The notes beneath the pieces are model-generated. The model made no database searches. It was not told the origin of the DNA and worked only from the letters and a program-made list of their open reading frames with translations. The position numbers were made by a program, and so were the translations under genes. Below, piece after piece: positions 40,493-52,455 of a stretch of 64,000 bases of DNA (positions are counted from its first letter, which is position 1; each line of letters starts with the position of its first letter). Origin of the DNA: Octopus bimaculoides (Eukaryota); contig NC_068982.1 in NCBI RefSeq assembly GCF_001194135.2, forward strand, positions 70,214,705-70,278,704, given 5' to 3'.

Positions 40493-40800
40493 AGGCACCA
40501 TTGCTTAGGATAAGAACTAATTTCAAACCTGGGTTCTCATTCCTAAGGTATTATTATTATTATTATTATTATTATTGTTCAGGTCTGAGTTCGATTCAAA
40601 GCAGTGACCTGAACAATAATAATAATAATAATACCTTAGGAATGAGAACTCAGGTTCGAAATTTCCCCAAGGCACCTGAAGAAGGTTAGAGGGTATATCA
40701 GCTGAAACGTTGTGTTAACGACAAACAAGACGAGGACAAATATCCATCTAATGTAAATAATGTACATAATTCCTCATCTCTTAAATATAGAACTGTATAG
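40493..40800. mobile_element. Penelope-like element remnant with a near-perfect hairpin (arms 40526-40585 / 40606-40656)
   Basis: AACCTGGGTTCTCATTCCTAAGGTA(TTA)nTTGTTCAGGTC versus its reverse complement, followed by a CCTGAAGAAGG..CTGAAACGTTG terminal motif. The family assignment is an inference. Confidence 0.55.
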
Positions 40801-41964
40801 TTTAACCCTGTAGCATTCAGGTTACTCTATCAAATGCGATGTTTATTTACTCACATTGTTTTGAACTAATCATACTGCACAGCAGAAGTATTAAGGTCAC
40901 TTCCCCCCTGGTGAAGAGGATTGACCTGCAAGAGTCTTGAACCAGTGCTACATAAAAAGCACTTGTGCCAGTGCCACATAGAGGCACTTGTGTAGTGCCA
41001 CATAAAAGCGCCCAGAACACTCTATAAAGTGGTTGGCATTAGGAAGGGCATCCAGCCATTGAAACCATGCCAAATCAGACTGGAGCCTGGTGCAGCTCTC
41101 CAGCTTAACAGTTCTAGTCAAACTTGTAGCAATATTTCAATGATGTTATTTTTTAGAATGGTATTGCCGAGTAAGTGTAAGAGGTCAGATATGGCTGATA
41201 TTAACAAAAAACAGAATATTTGGGCTGAATATGACTGGTTTAAATGCTAAAAGGTTAAAGTAATACTGTGCTTAATACAAACTATCATGAGAGAAAGAGA
41301 GAGAAGGTGAGGGTGAGAGTGATAACAACATATATTATAAGCAGCTAAGAGTTTTAATATAAACAATACATTTGTAACCAGGTTAAAAAAAATAAAGAAC
41401 GCAACAATGGGAATCCAACCAAATAATTCTCACTTGTCAAGTAAATGTACTATTACATTATAATGAGTTGAGTAATTATTTCTCTCAAATTATGTATCTG
41501 CCATAATATTAGAACAATTATGGCTCAACAGTGTTTTTGGTTGCTTTACATGATTTTGCTTGCCTATTGTCAGACATAACTAAAATAATCCATATTCATT
41601 TAATGAATAGAGTAGAACATCATTTATAAAGAGAGTGATTGATATTTAAGAGTAACATCTCAGATGTTTCTATCAGCCAAACTCCACTCACAAAGCTATT
41701 GAGCAACCTTTGGCTATAGTAGAAGACAATTACCTAAGGTAATATTTCTGAATTTAAACTTCTTCATAACAACCTGTCCAAGACCATTCTCTGTCCTTTG
41801 ATATGAAATTCCTGTTTTTAAGGTGAGCTAAATTAAAAGCTCCCAGCAGAATTTCATGTTTCAAACACCAGTTTAATAATTTCATGTTTCAAACACCAGT
41901 TTAATAATTAGTTACTCTATAAAAATTCTACATGATCTTTCCTAGTCATCTTATTTCTTTATTG

Positions 41965-42185
41965 CCCACAAGGGGCTAAACACAGAGGGAACAAACAAAA
42001 ACAGACAAAGGGATTAAGTCGATTACATCGACCCCAGTGCATAACTGGTACTTAATTTATCGACCTCGAAAGGATGAAAGGCAAAGTCAACCTTGGCAGA
42101 ATTTGAACTCAGAACGTAACGGCTGACGAAATACTGCTAAGCATTTCACCCTGCGTGCTAACGTTTCTGCCAGCTCACCGCCTTT
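41965..42185 (-). mobile_element. tRNA-derived SINE family B (GGCGGTGAGCTGGCAGAA head; GCCTTTCATCCTTTCG.GGTCGATAAA central domain)
   Basis: Best-preserved copy. Others at ~4005-4235(+), 6655-6870(-), 32195-32415(-), 49705-49850(-), 54893-55105(-). Confidence 0.8.
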
Positions 42186-43039
42186 TTCTTTCCTAGTCAT
42201 CTACCTCAACTAAAACCCCCACAAACACCAAGAAAGTGCACACTTCCCACCTCCATTCTTTAACCCCTACTTTACAAACTGAATGTATTCTACCTGTTGC
42301 TGTCATTTATCTTCCCTCTTTGCACTCTTTGTGAGGAACCTCTGCTAGCTGCTGGAGTACTTGATTGCACTTTTAAGTAGCAGCCAGTAACCCACTTGGC
42401 TTCTTGCAGAACTTGCAGAACTCACAAAGCACACACCTGTATATGCTTTGTGGTGTGTGTGCATGCACATACAGGCACATGGTTTCAGGTTTGTTCGCAC
42501 TTTGTGATGCTTTTGGGCTGAGCAAGTAGGGTGAGTATCTTCTACAATAGTTTCTGGCTGACCAATGACTTATAAATGAAACTCAACAAAAAACAAGGAA
42601 CCCTATAGAAGCCTACCAGATGTGAACACACATCTGTGTGTGTGTGTGCGTGTGCGCGTGTCTCTCTCTCTCTGCTTATCTTCACATTGATACTACTAGG
42701 GCAGTGCCAACGTTTGTCCCACATAAACAATATGCCCAGCAGCTCAGCAGTTAGGCAAGCAATGACCAAAAAAGAATAAGTACCTTCCTTGCAAATAAAT
42801 AAAGATTAGCCAGCAAGAAGGGAATCCAGCCATAGATATCTTGAGATATGCCAGCACAGGAAAACTGAATGCAAACATGAACTAATAAAAAAAACATATG
42901 TGAACATGTATTCTTGCACCAGATTATAAAGGTACATCTCGAGATTTTTTTTTCTTTTTTTAGTGTTCTGAAGTAGATTTGGAATGAAATTCAAATATTT
43001 AATTTCAAGAAAGGAAAAAGAAAAAGTAATATCTTTTAT

Positions 43040-43495
43040 TTTTTTACTTGTCTCAGTCATTAGACTGCAGCCATTTTGGGGCACCACCTTGAACAATTTT
43101 TAATTGAATGAATCGACCCCAGAACTTTTTTTGTTTTAAAGCCTGCTACTTATTCTATTGGTTTCTTTTGCTGAACTGATAAGTTACGGCAACATAAACA
43201 CACCAACACTGGTTGTCAAGTGGAGGTGCGGGACAAATACACATACATATGATGGGTTTCTTCCAGTTTCCATCTACCAAATCCACTCACAAGGTGCGCG
43301 CACACACACACACACCCACACACACACATATGACTAGCTTCTTTTAGCTTCTGTCTACCAAACCCACTTATAAAGCTTCTGACTGACCCAGGGCTATATG
43401 AAAGCAGACACTTGCCTAAGGTATCATGCAGTAGGATTGAACCCAAAACCACGTGGTTGAGAAACTAGCTTCTTAACCATATAGCTACACCTACA
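43040..43495 (-). mobile_element. SINE family A with an internal duplication
   Basis: Reverse-complement similarity; the ctaccaaatccactcacaa segment appears twice. Confidence 0.7.
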
Positions 43496-43542
43496 GATAA
43501 CGTAAACATTTTTTTTCAAAAAGTGAATAAGTGATTACTTAC

Positions 43543-43647
43543 CAGGTACAAAGGAGTTATGAACATCACAGGTTCTGCCCTGGTATGTGTATATAGTAAC
43601 CCACTGGCCAAATGAGTTTAAGCATTGTCAACAATATACAGGAAACC
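43543..43647 (-). pseudogene. CATSPERG: Pseudo-exon B, 105 nt, phase 0-0, one TAA (43620-43618)
   Basis: Strong polypyrimidine tract plus catag|, strong donor CTG|gtaagt. GFLYIVDNA*THLASGLLYTHTRAEPVMFIT, resembling GFPYYL..GHLTGLKPLVLVT. Confidence 0.68.
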
Positions 43648-43861
43648 CTATGAGGAAGCAAAGAGAAAAAACAACAACATCAATAATAAAGTTAAGTTCA
43701 CCAAGTTTGTTATGAATTGAAAGACAGGAAAATACAGTCAAAACAATTTGCTTCACCTCTGTTTAAAAAAGTGTCAATCTCTGAAACAAGAATACTTCTG
43801 TATTAAACTGACATATTGTGAAAATAGGATGTACTAGTTCAAGTGAAGTGCTCACTCATTC

Positions 43862-43912
<51 letters not shown>

Positions 43913-44389
43913 ATGCAGTAACACAAATGAAAGCTAACTTTAAAGTTACAATTTTTGAATTTCATATTTTATTTTGATGTCTGATGCCAAACAAGTCAGT
44001 AAGTACACCTCTAAAACATGACTAAAAATAATCACAAGTTAAATTGCTACTGAAAGAAAAAAATAAGGAATAAAATAAGCTTCAATGAGAAGAAAACGTG
44101 TAAAAATTCACAGTAATATTTTATATGAATNNNNNNNNNNTATATGAATGGATTAGACAAAATTTCAAAGAATGAGAAGATAGAGGTTTTAAAAAATAGA
44201 GTAACTGAAATATTGAGAGAACAAAGCCAAAGAATAAAGTTTATATTTTACAGTTTTAAGAAGAAGAGAGAGAGAGAAACAACCAGAGTGAAAAATTGAA
44301 AATTAAGAGAATAAACTAAAAAAATAAAGTCTATATTTTATAGTTGTAGAGAGTGAGAGAGGGGGGGAGAATAACAAATAAAAAAAGAG

Positions 44390-44711
44390 AGAATGACAGA
44401 GAAAGAAATACAGAAGCTGAAAATTAAGTTTATATTTTATAGTTATAAAAGGAGAAAGAGTGAGAGAGAGTGAGAGAGAGCAAAAGAGAGAGTGAGAGAG
44501 AGCAAAAGAGAGAGTGAGAGAGAGCAAGAGAGAGAGAGAGAGAAGAGGACAAAAGATAGAAAGAAAGAGGGGAAAAGAGAGAGAGGGGAAAAGAGAGAGA
44601 GAGGGAAAGAGAGAAGGAAAAAGAGAGATAGAGGGAAAGAAAGAGGGCAAAAGAGAGAGAGAAAGAAAGAGGGCAAAAGAGAGATAGAGAGAAAGAGGGC
44701 AAAAGAGAGAT

Positions 44712-44789
<78 letters not shown>

Positions 44790-44820
44790 GGTAAATGAGA
44801 AAGAGGGTAAATGAGAAAAA
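44390..44820 (+). repeat. Purine-rich (AG)n and cryptic A/G repeat tract
   Basis: Almost exclusively A/G on plus, including a pure (GA)n run at ~44715-44783. Confidence 0.9.
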
Positions 44821-45646
44821 CTGAAAATTTGAGAGAGTTAATAAAAGTTCATATTTTTTAAAGAGTAAAAAAGAGAAAGTGAGGGAGAAAGAAGTTTTGC
44901 CATTAAGATGAAAGAAGCAAATGTTGGAATATTTTTTTTCCTTCTTTTAACAAAACCAGATATAGTTACAGCCAGAAATCAATGGGAGACAGGAAGTTAA
45001 AGTAGATCTGCCCAAACAGAAAGATATTTTTCTAATAAAAATAAAAAATATACTATAGAGAAGATAAATGCCTTTACCAACTGCTATTATTGTAAATTCC
45101 TCAAGCAGCCATTACTTAAGTCATTATCTTATTTCACAACACTTCCATTTTACAAATTATCTAATCAAATGAATTGAATTAATCAACTCTACCTAGTGAC
45201 TGATTTAACACCTGTAATTAAAAATATAGACAAAAACCAGTAAAATAAGTAAAAAGCATATAAATGCTTTTGTTGCCTTTGAGTAAAAGACTGATATAGA
45301 TATATGTAATTGCTGGGTTCAATCCCACAGTGTGGCACCTTGAGCAAGTGTTTTTTTTTTTATAACCATAGGCCAACCAGTCTTGTGACAGGGTTTGATA
45401 GATGGAAACTGAAAGAAACCCCACCCCCATTGTGTGTGTATGTGTGTGTGTGTTATTACTTCCTTGCCTTAAAATCATTTGATCATTGTAAATGTGTGTC
45501 ATCATCTTGTCTGATCATGGGGCAATATTACCAAACTTGAAAACAGATAAGGACTGGCAATGACAGGAAGAGTATCTGGTCACAGAAAATCTACCTCGGC
45601 AAATTCAGCCCATGGAAAAGCAAACATTAAAACAATGATGATGATG

Positions 45647-45686
<40 letters not shown>

Positions 45687-45944
45687 ATTAATTATATAAA
45701 GATAGTTATAGCCAGTCTGTCAGGTTACACAGGGTTTCATGTCCATAAAGTGCTTAGCTTTACAGAGAGGTTACAGGCCACCAGCCATTGGGGTCTGAAG
45801 AGACGCTTATAAAGCTAGGTGCTTTATGGATGCAAGACTCTGGGTAGCCCCCCATAGAATGGGCATAACTATCTTTATCTACTTACTATATTGCTCTATA
45901 ACTTAGTGCTTCTCTTTTGGATTTATGATTTGATGATGATGATG

Positions 45945-45989
<45 letters not shown>

Positions 45990-46263
45990 CCAAATAATAA
46001 GACAACACATCTTTAATGATCAGTTACAACTGTTTCTATACCAAATCTGCTTTCGATGCCAGTTTACATAAAAACTCAAAGTGAAAATTTACATATTACA
46101 TAAATTTTCACTATGAACTTTCACACAATTTGGTACTGAAAGCAAGGTTAGTACAGAAACATTTGTAACTGCTCATTAAAGATGGGCTATCTTATTATTT
46201 GGATGTGATCATTAAAGATGTGTTAAAGTATTTCTTAGTCTTATTACTTGGATTATATTTTAC

Positions 46264-46484
46264 TCTTTGCTAAACCCACACATTTCGGTATTAGTCTGGA
46301 ATTTGACAGTGTAGACAGCCCAGAACTTGGGTTGAATGCTGCATTAGAAATACCCTATCTTTATACCCTATCAGGACTTTATATATTAGATTCCACATAC
46401 TGCATATTCATTGGATATTGTACTTTCATTTGCTTTCATTTATTCCACTCGATGTAAAACTTTCTAAATGGTTGGATATAAGCC
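46264..46484 (-). pseudogene. CATSPERG: Pseudo-exon A, 221 nt, phase 1-0, 4 stops
   Basis: T-rich tract plus gaag|GG..AGA|gtaaaa. ICSMWNLI..DRVFLMQHSTQVLGCLHCQIPD, resembling ECTWQVV..DSFFEQ..VSSLFHMLVD. Confidence 0.55.
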
Positions 46485-46801
46485 CTTCATTGATTATAAC
46501 AAAAACAAAAAACAAAAAAAAAACAACATGTAGACAATTTGTTTTGTAGGAAAGCCACGAAAGTTCTAGCTTGAAGCACATATTAAGGCAGCCAGAATAA
46601 TGAATGGAGATTGTTAAACAAATAGGTTTATATATAAAATGTGAACTTCGATAATTTCTGAAATTTATGATTACAAAACCCAAAACATTTTAAATACCAA
46701 TTATATTGGTTTGGTATTTGTTTTCTCAATTTTCATTTGTTGAACCATTAAATAAATACAGGACAAACACAACATCAACTTTATTTGACTGGTGTAAATA
46801 T

Positions 46802-46866
<65 letters not shown>

Positions 46867-46914
46867 CCTATGTAATTGTTTTCTATTTTCTGTAATCATA
46901 GATATTCTTTATTC

Positions 46915-47300
46915 TTTTACTGGTTCATTCATTTGACTGCAGCCATGCTAGAGCACCACCTTGAAGGGTTTTAGTCAAACAAATCAACCCCAGGACTTTT
47001 TCTTAAGCCTAGTACTTATTCTATTGGTCTCTTTTGCCGAACTGCTAGTTACAGAGACAAACACACCAACACCAGTTGTCAAGTGGTGATTACACACACA
47101 CGTATGTATGTATGTATGTATGTATACAATGGGCTTCTTTCAGTTTTTGTCTACCAAATCAAGGTCTTGGTCACTCAAGGTTTCAGTCAGCCCAATGCTG
47201 TAGTAGAAGACACTTGCCCATGGTGCCACACAGTGGGACTGAATCCCAAACCATGTCGTTGGGAAGCAAGCTTCTCACCAAACAGCCATGCCTGCGCCTA
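46915..47300 (-). mobile_element. SINE family A
   Basis: Reverse-complement similarity to 92-487. Confidence 0.8.
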
Positions 47301-48189
47301 TATTTTCAATATATATATATATTTTTTTAAGCTATCTTTTGTTGTCATTTGATTTTTAGTATGTGTTTATGCTTGTGTCTGTGTGGAAAGAGAGNNNNNN
47401 NNNNNNNNNNNNNNNNNNNNNNNNNNNNNNNNNNNNNNNNNNNNNNNNNNNNNNNNNNNNNNNNNNNNNNNNNNNNNNNNNNNNNNNNNNNNNNNNNNNN
47501 NNNNNNNNNNNNNNNNNNNNNNNNNNNNNNNNNNNNNNNNNNNNNNNNNNNNNNNNNNNNNNNNNNNNNNNNNNNNNNNNNNNNNNNNNNNNNNNNNNNN
47601 NNNNNNNNNNNNNNNNNNNNNNNNNNNNNNNNNNNNNNNNNNNNNNNNNNNNNNNNNNNNNNNNNNNNNNNNNNNNNNNNNNNNNNNNNNNNNNNNNNNN
47701 NNNNNNNNNNNNNNNNNNNNNGAGAGAGAGAGAGAGATGTGCTCACAATTTTCAGAATATACCTTTGTACTAAAATATAGATTTTTCATGCCGGTGGCAC
47801 GTAAAAGCACTCACTACACTCTCGGAGTGGTTGGCATTAGGAAGGGCATCCAGCTGTAGAAACTCTGCCAAATCAGATTGGAGCCTGGTGTAGCCATCTG
47901 GCTCACCAGTCCTCAGTCAAATCATCCAACTCATGCTAGCATGGAAGGCGGACGTTAAACGATGATGATGATGATGATGATATGTAGTTGGTACAGACAG
48001 ACAAACAGACAAAAAAGAATAGCCAAATCAAAACACACTTAAGAAAAAAAAGTTCTGTATTTTCTGAGAGGTGTTCCTTACATTTAATATGAGCTTTAAC
48101 CAGTACAAAATCACTAAGATTATTCATCTGGCCTAAAGCAGTGTAAAGCACCGTATTTTATTAAGAGAGAGAGAGAGAGAGAGAGATAC

Positions 48190-48289
48190 CTAGGCTAGTT
48201 TCTTTTGGAATATCTATTGGCCTCAATTCAAAAGAATTTCATGCATTCTAAACAACTACCATTGCAAGGCATGTTTCCAATCAAGCCAT
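48190..48289 (-). pseudogene. Candidate first coding (signal-peptide) pseudo-exon
   Basis: ATG at 48289, MA*LETCLAMVVV*NA*NSFELRPIDIPKETSL, ends phase 1 at CTAG|gtatct, compatible with the phase-1 start of exon A. Weak. Confidence 0.28.
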
Positions 48290-49949
48290 TAGATTTGAAT
48301 TTAGATGTAACTGGAAACCAGCAGCAAGGCTTCTTTATTCTTTCTACCCATAATTAATATAATTTAGAATAATGAGCACATGTACTTTACCACATATTTT
48401 AAGAAATAATTCCTGGTTTTAAAAAAAAATGGTCATTATTGCATCAACAAAAATATGGAAGTAGAGGAAACAACTCCAGTGTTAAGTGTCCAGCTATCTA
48501 TGTAACCCTCTAGCGGGGAAAAGGTATAAAAGGTGCTTGGAACTGACAGTGGGAGAAGGTTATTACTTATGAAGAAAATGGACTAAATTGGTTTTATTTA
48601 AGTCTTAGTAATGTAGTCGACAAAATATTTATTAGTTATATGCTGAATTATGTTATTTTAAATGTGCTTTAATTTCCACTCATCATATTTACTACTGCTA
48701 TAATTTCCACTTTTCTATGCTTACATTACTAGAACAGATTTTTTTATTGAGCAAGATTTTCTATGGTCAGATGCTCTTCCTGTCACCAACCCTCACCTGT
48801 TTCCAAGCAAGGTAGGGTTTCCTCATGGCCCAGTATGCTTTCCTAGAATATTGGAAATGAATGACACAGCTTATATGACAATGAAACTTATTTTCAGGCA
48901 ATGTCAAAACAAGGAGAGATAAACGCATACACACATGCAGCAGGCTTTTCAGTTTCCATCTATCAAATTCTCAGGGCTAAAATTGAAGACACTTGCCCAA
49001 GATGGTATACAGTGGGACTGAATCTGAAACCATGTGGTTTGGAAGCAAACTTCTTAACCACACACCCACACCTGCATCTATAGCCATTCTATATAGAATT
49101 TAAAGCACCATGTATTTAGAACCAAGGATAAAAACATTATCATTAACACAAACAACGAGTTCCAACTGAGCAACAAAATACATTATATTTTTTGCTCAAT
49201 GACTGTTACATCTGAGTGTAGTTGATTCAATCAGGCACTGAAAGTAATGAAAAATTGGAATTTGTACCTAGTATTCTTTGATTATACAGAATAGATTGTC
49301 GACATTCTATAGGTTCTGTGGTGATGCCATAACAAAACTTCATTCCACTCATCCAGTCAAGCAGCTGATTTCCAATCAAAAAGACTATTCATGTCATAAC
49401 TAATAACATTAAAAACAAAGAGTAGAATTTGTTACAGATACTCTCTCAATATATATGATTAATTCTATATTGTGAATAATAAACATAAAAATTCTTCATG
49501 AAAACAATATCTTAAAAGACAGCTAATAAGTTACAACATTCATTAGATGATCTAAAATCTATATGACAATTCCAATAATCTATAGTCTTATTTAATCACA
49601 TTTTACTTTTAAGTTTGTGTTGTATGTTGTATTGTGTTTAGTTTGCTTGTTCTGTGCAACCTAAAAAGAATAGTCTTTAGTAATTAGAGAAATGTCAGAA
49701 CAAAGTTTCAAATTTTAGCACAAGGTCAGCAATTTCAGGGGATGGGTAAGTCAATTACATTGACCCTAGCACTCAACTGCTGCTTATTTTATCAACCCTA
49801 AAAGGGATGAAAGGCAAGGTCAACCTTGATGAAATTTGAACTCAGAACTGAACCAGATAATGAAAGCAATTTGCATCTGGTTATCAGTTAGATAGACCAA
49901 GATAGATACATATTTAATTCACTCAAACAAAAGGATGATTATACATAAT

Positions 49950-50640
49950 TTCATCCATCCATTTTCTCTACCCACTATTCCAGGGAGGGTCATGGAGGAA
50001 AAGTCCTCGGGCCCCTCTTCCATAGGGTCCTATCAAAAGCAACCATCATTACACTTTTTGACTGGATTCCCAAGCATGACCAACTGAGACTATGGATATT
50101 ATCCAACTATCTCATTCTTGGTCTACTCCTAGGTCTCTACTTACTGACTCAGCTGGAAGATTCCATTTTGCAATTCTTCCATGTAACACTCTCCATAGTA
50201 CCAAAGCTGTGGCCTCTCAATGCTGAGAAGCAGTAGCTAGACCGACTGTGCTAAGTACACAAATGTAATTTTGTAATGAACTAAACAAATTTACTGTTGA
50301 TTAAACCAACATGAACTATAAACATTTAATTCTAATTCATGTTTTATTCTTTATAAGTACATTTGGTATTTGAAAAGGAAGATGTTGTTTATCAGATGGT
50401 GTTGAATAATTCTTTTTGCTGATATTGTATTTAGTATTATTGCCAATTATTCCTTCAGCTGCTTGCCTTTGTAATCATACACTTACAGTCATTACCCAAT
50501 ATTCATGACTTCTTGATCTCTAAGCTACATGGCCTGTCAAGTAGCATTACTCCAGAGATCCTTCACAGAAACCTCATTTCAGCTGCTTGTCTTTGCAATC
50601 CTATTATTTTAGTCATTACCCAATATTCATGACTGCAATT
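49950..50640 (-). mobile_element. Fragmented RTE 3' region with an internal ~57-bp duplication
   Basis: DNIHSLSWSCLG-type tail (49950-50250). HEYWVMT..KAAEMRFL-type fragment; direct repeat at ~50453-50509 and ~50578-50634. Confidence 0.6.
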
Positions 50641-51147
50641 AAGATAGGTACATAAAATTCAAAACATAAGAGACAAAACTGAAGGGCAAAATGTTGGCTC
50701 AAGAGATCCTTGTAAGATACAATATTATGCTGTCAGAACATAATGGGAAACATCATGCATGAATTACAATAATCCTTTTATCCTCTCATAAATCTTCATT
50801 ATAATATGAAAATAAAGTTTGTTATTTTTCAACATATTTCATTATCACATAACAATTGTTATTTTATTTTTGACTTTGTTTAAGTCATTGGACAGCAAGT
50901 ATGTTAGGGCACTGCCCTGAAGGGCTTTAGTTAAACAGATTGATCACAGTAATTATTTCTTTTTTAAAGCCTGGTACTTATTCTATTTTCCACCTTTGCC
51001 AGACTTCTAAGTTATAGGGATATAAACTAACCAATGCCAGCTGCCAAATGGTGGGGTGAAGGTAAACACAGGCACAAAGATACACATATAAACTTGTTAC
51101 CAGTTGAAATACACCTGAGGCATATTCAAACATGTAAAAAGCTATTC

Positions 51148-51182
<35 letters not shown>

Positions 51183-51186
51183 ATGT

Positions 51187-51223
<37 letters not shown>

Positions 51224-51889
51224 CTTCCAAACAGTTTTTGTCTACCAAATTCACCTGCAGAGCTTAGAGGGCACTTGCACAAAGTACCACACAGTGGCAC
51301 TGAAACCAAAAGTAGGTGGCTGCAAAGCGACATTCTTAACCACAGTGACTTGTGAATTGTTGACAGACATTTGGAGGACATGTCTTATGATAAAATAATC
51401 AATATTTGTCAGTGAAATCTCTGTGTCCTCTGCTCTGACTAGAAAATACAACAAATTTCTCTTTCTCTCTCTCTCTCTCCTTTTCCATTTCCATAAATGA
51501 TAGTCCAGTACAACATATAAAAGATGTGCAATCAACACTGGCCAATCCACTGTCACCATTGGTCCATATCTGTAACAAGGTCAACAGCTTCATTAAATCT
51601 ACCATTACGTCTGGCTAGATCATTAGCAACTTGATATCATATGTTTTTCAAAAAGCTCAAACATAAGGCCACTGTAGTTTGATTTTTGAGATTCAAAAGC
51701 ATATGACCAGTGATGATATATTTGGCCTCCTCAAAGCATGGCTAATTAAAATTAATCTTTTTGAAGGTAAAAATGCTATCAGCTGAGAAATTCTCCTCTC
51801 ATACAATTAACCTTTCAGCAATAAATCTTGCAATTAGCCTTTCAAATGCAAATCATAAAAATATGACACTGAATACAGTGACAGCTTTA

Positions 51890-52278
51890 ATTTAAGAACA
51901 CAGCAGAAATTTATACAATATGTGATATAATATTGGCAGCAACAGAGGAATAAATGAATAAATTACTAGTAAAAGAAACATTGTGGCAGTTAGACAAAAC
52001 CAATGTAAAAAGTTAATTTTGATATTTTAAATGATTGTGGATAAAGGCCGAGAGTATTATGAATTCTCATAGTACCTGAGCAGAGTCCACTGTTATTTAA
52101 AAATTCTTTGTTCTAAGCTTGTAGAGAACCATGAAATACAATTTCTTTGGCAATTTTGTTTTCTGAAGCCTTTTAATTCTCAAAAGGATATAAATCCCAC
52201 ACAGGTCATACTGAAGGAGAAAATCTTTTGAAAACTAGATTCATTGTTATATAGTTATCACTTCTTTTACTCTGAGGA
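51890..52278 (-). pseudogene. CATSPERG: Terminal pseudo-exon with transmembrane helix (51993-51928)
   Basis: Single frame from taacag|52278 with 7 internal stops. YNNESSFQKIFS..YSRPLSTII*..LTATMFLLLVIYSFIPLLLPILY matches the remembered CATSPERG TM ([23 protein letters not shown]). Confidence 0.62.
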
Positions 52279-52296
52279 CTGTTACCAATCATTATA

Positions 52297-52455
52297 CAGG
52301 GACATATATTAAATCTATATATAATGGAGACAGGGACATATAATGTCTAATACAATGGTGATGGATGTATAATATCTAATGTAATGGAGACAGGGACGTG
52401 TATCTAACAGAATGGAGACAGGGATGTGTATCTAATAGAACAGAGATAGGGATAA
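52297..52455 (+). repeat. Degenerate ~26-30-bp minisatellite
   Basis: About 5-6 units of AATGGAGACAGGGA..TATCTAA. Confidence 0.7.

Larger units (their letters stand above)
499..48289 (-). pseudogene. CATSPERG: Unprocessed multi-exon pseudogene of a CatSper auxiliary subunit gamma-like gene, N-terminal ~two-thirds (continues left of window)
   Basis: About 12 exon-like segments with AG/GT borders, in an order collinear with remembered human CATSPERG motifs (CTWQVV, GFPYY..HLTGLKPLVLVT, NFYRWKIEQL, DISSNGLG, INGFLKRDRD..GGIP, VLMTDTS, DSCW..LFIRQNQLVYYFTGTY, HFGTIR, SVCEQI, VESGYG..TAM..IFC..LLQS, LFYEDSKLY..GQL..SPQRY..FHN..IYQG). Many in-frame stops and some frameshifts. By-eye homology, no search run. 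Confidence 0.72.

Noticed and set aside
43543-43647. Possible selenoprotein motif (FPVYC-TGA-QC) in frame 3 of exon B
   Set aside because: Frame 1 gives the better, phase-consistent CATSPERG match with a TAA stop. Other exons contain TAA/TAG stops too, and no SECIS was seen.
44122-44150. TATATGAAT duplicated on both sides of a 10-N gap
   Set aside because: Typical contig-overlap scaffolding artefact.
51480-51890. FAFERLIA resembling a GPCR DRY/ERY motif and further hydrophobic peptides
   Set aside because: Lies just past the putative natural stop of the TM exon, has stops, and shows no 7-TM pattern. May be tail or 3'UTR sequence.
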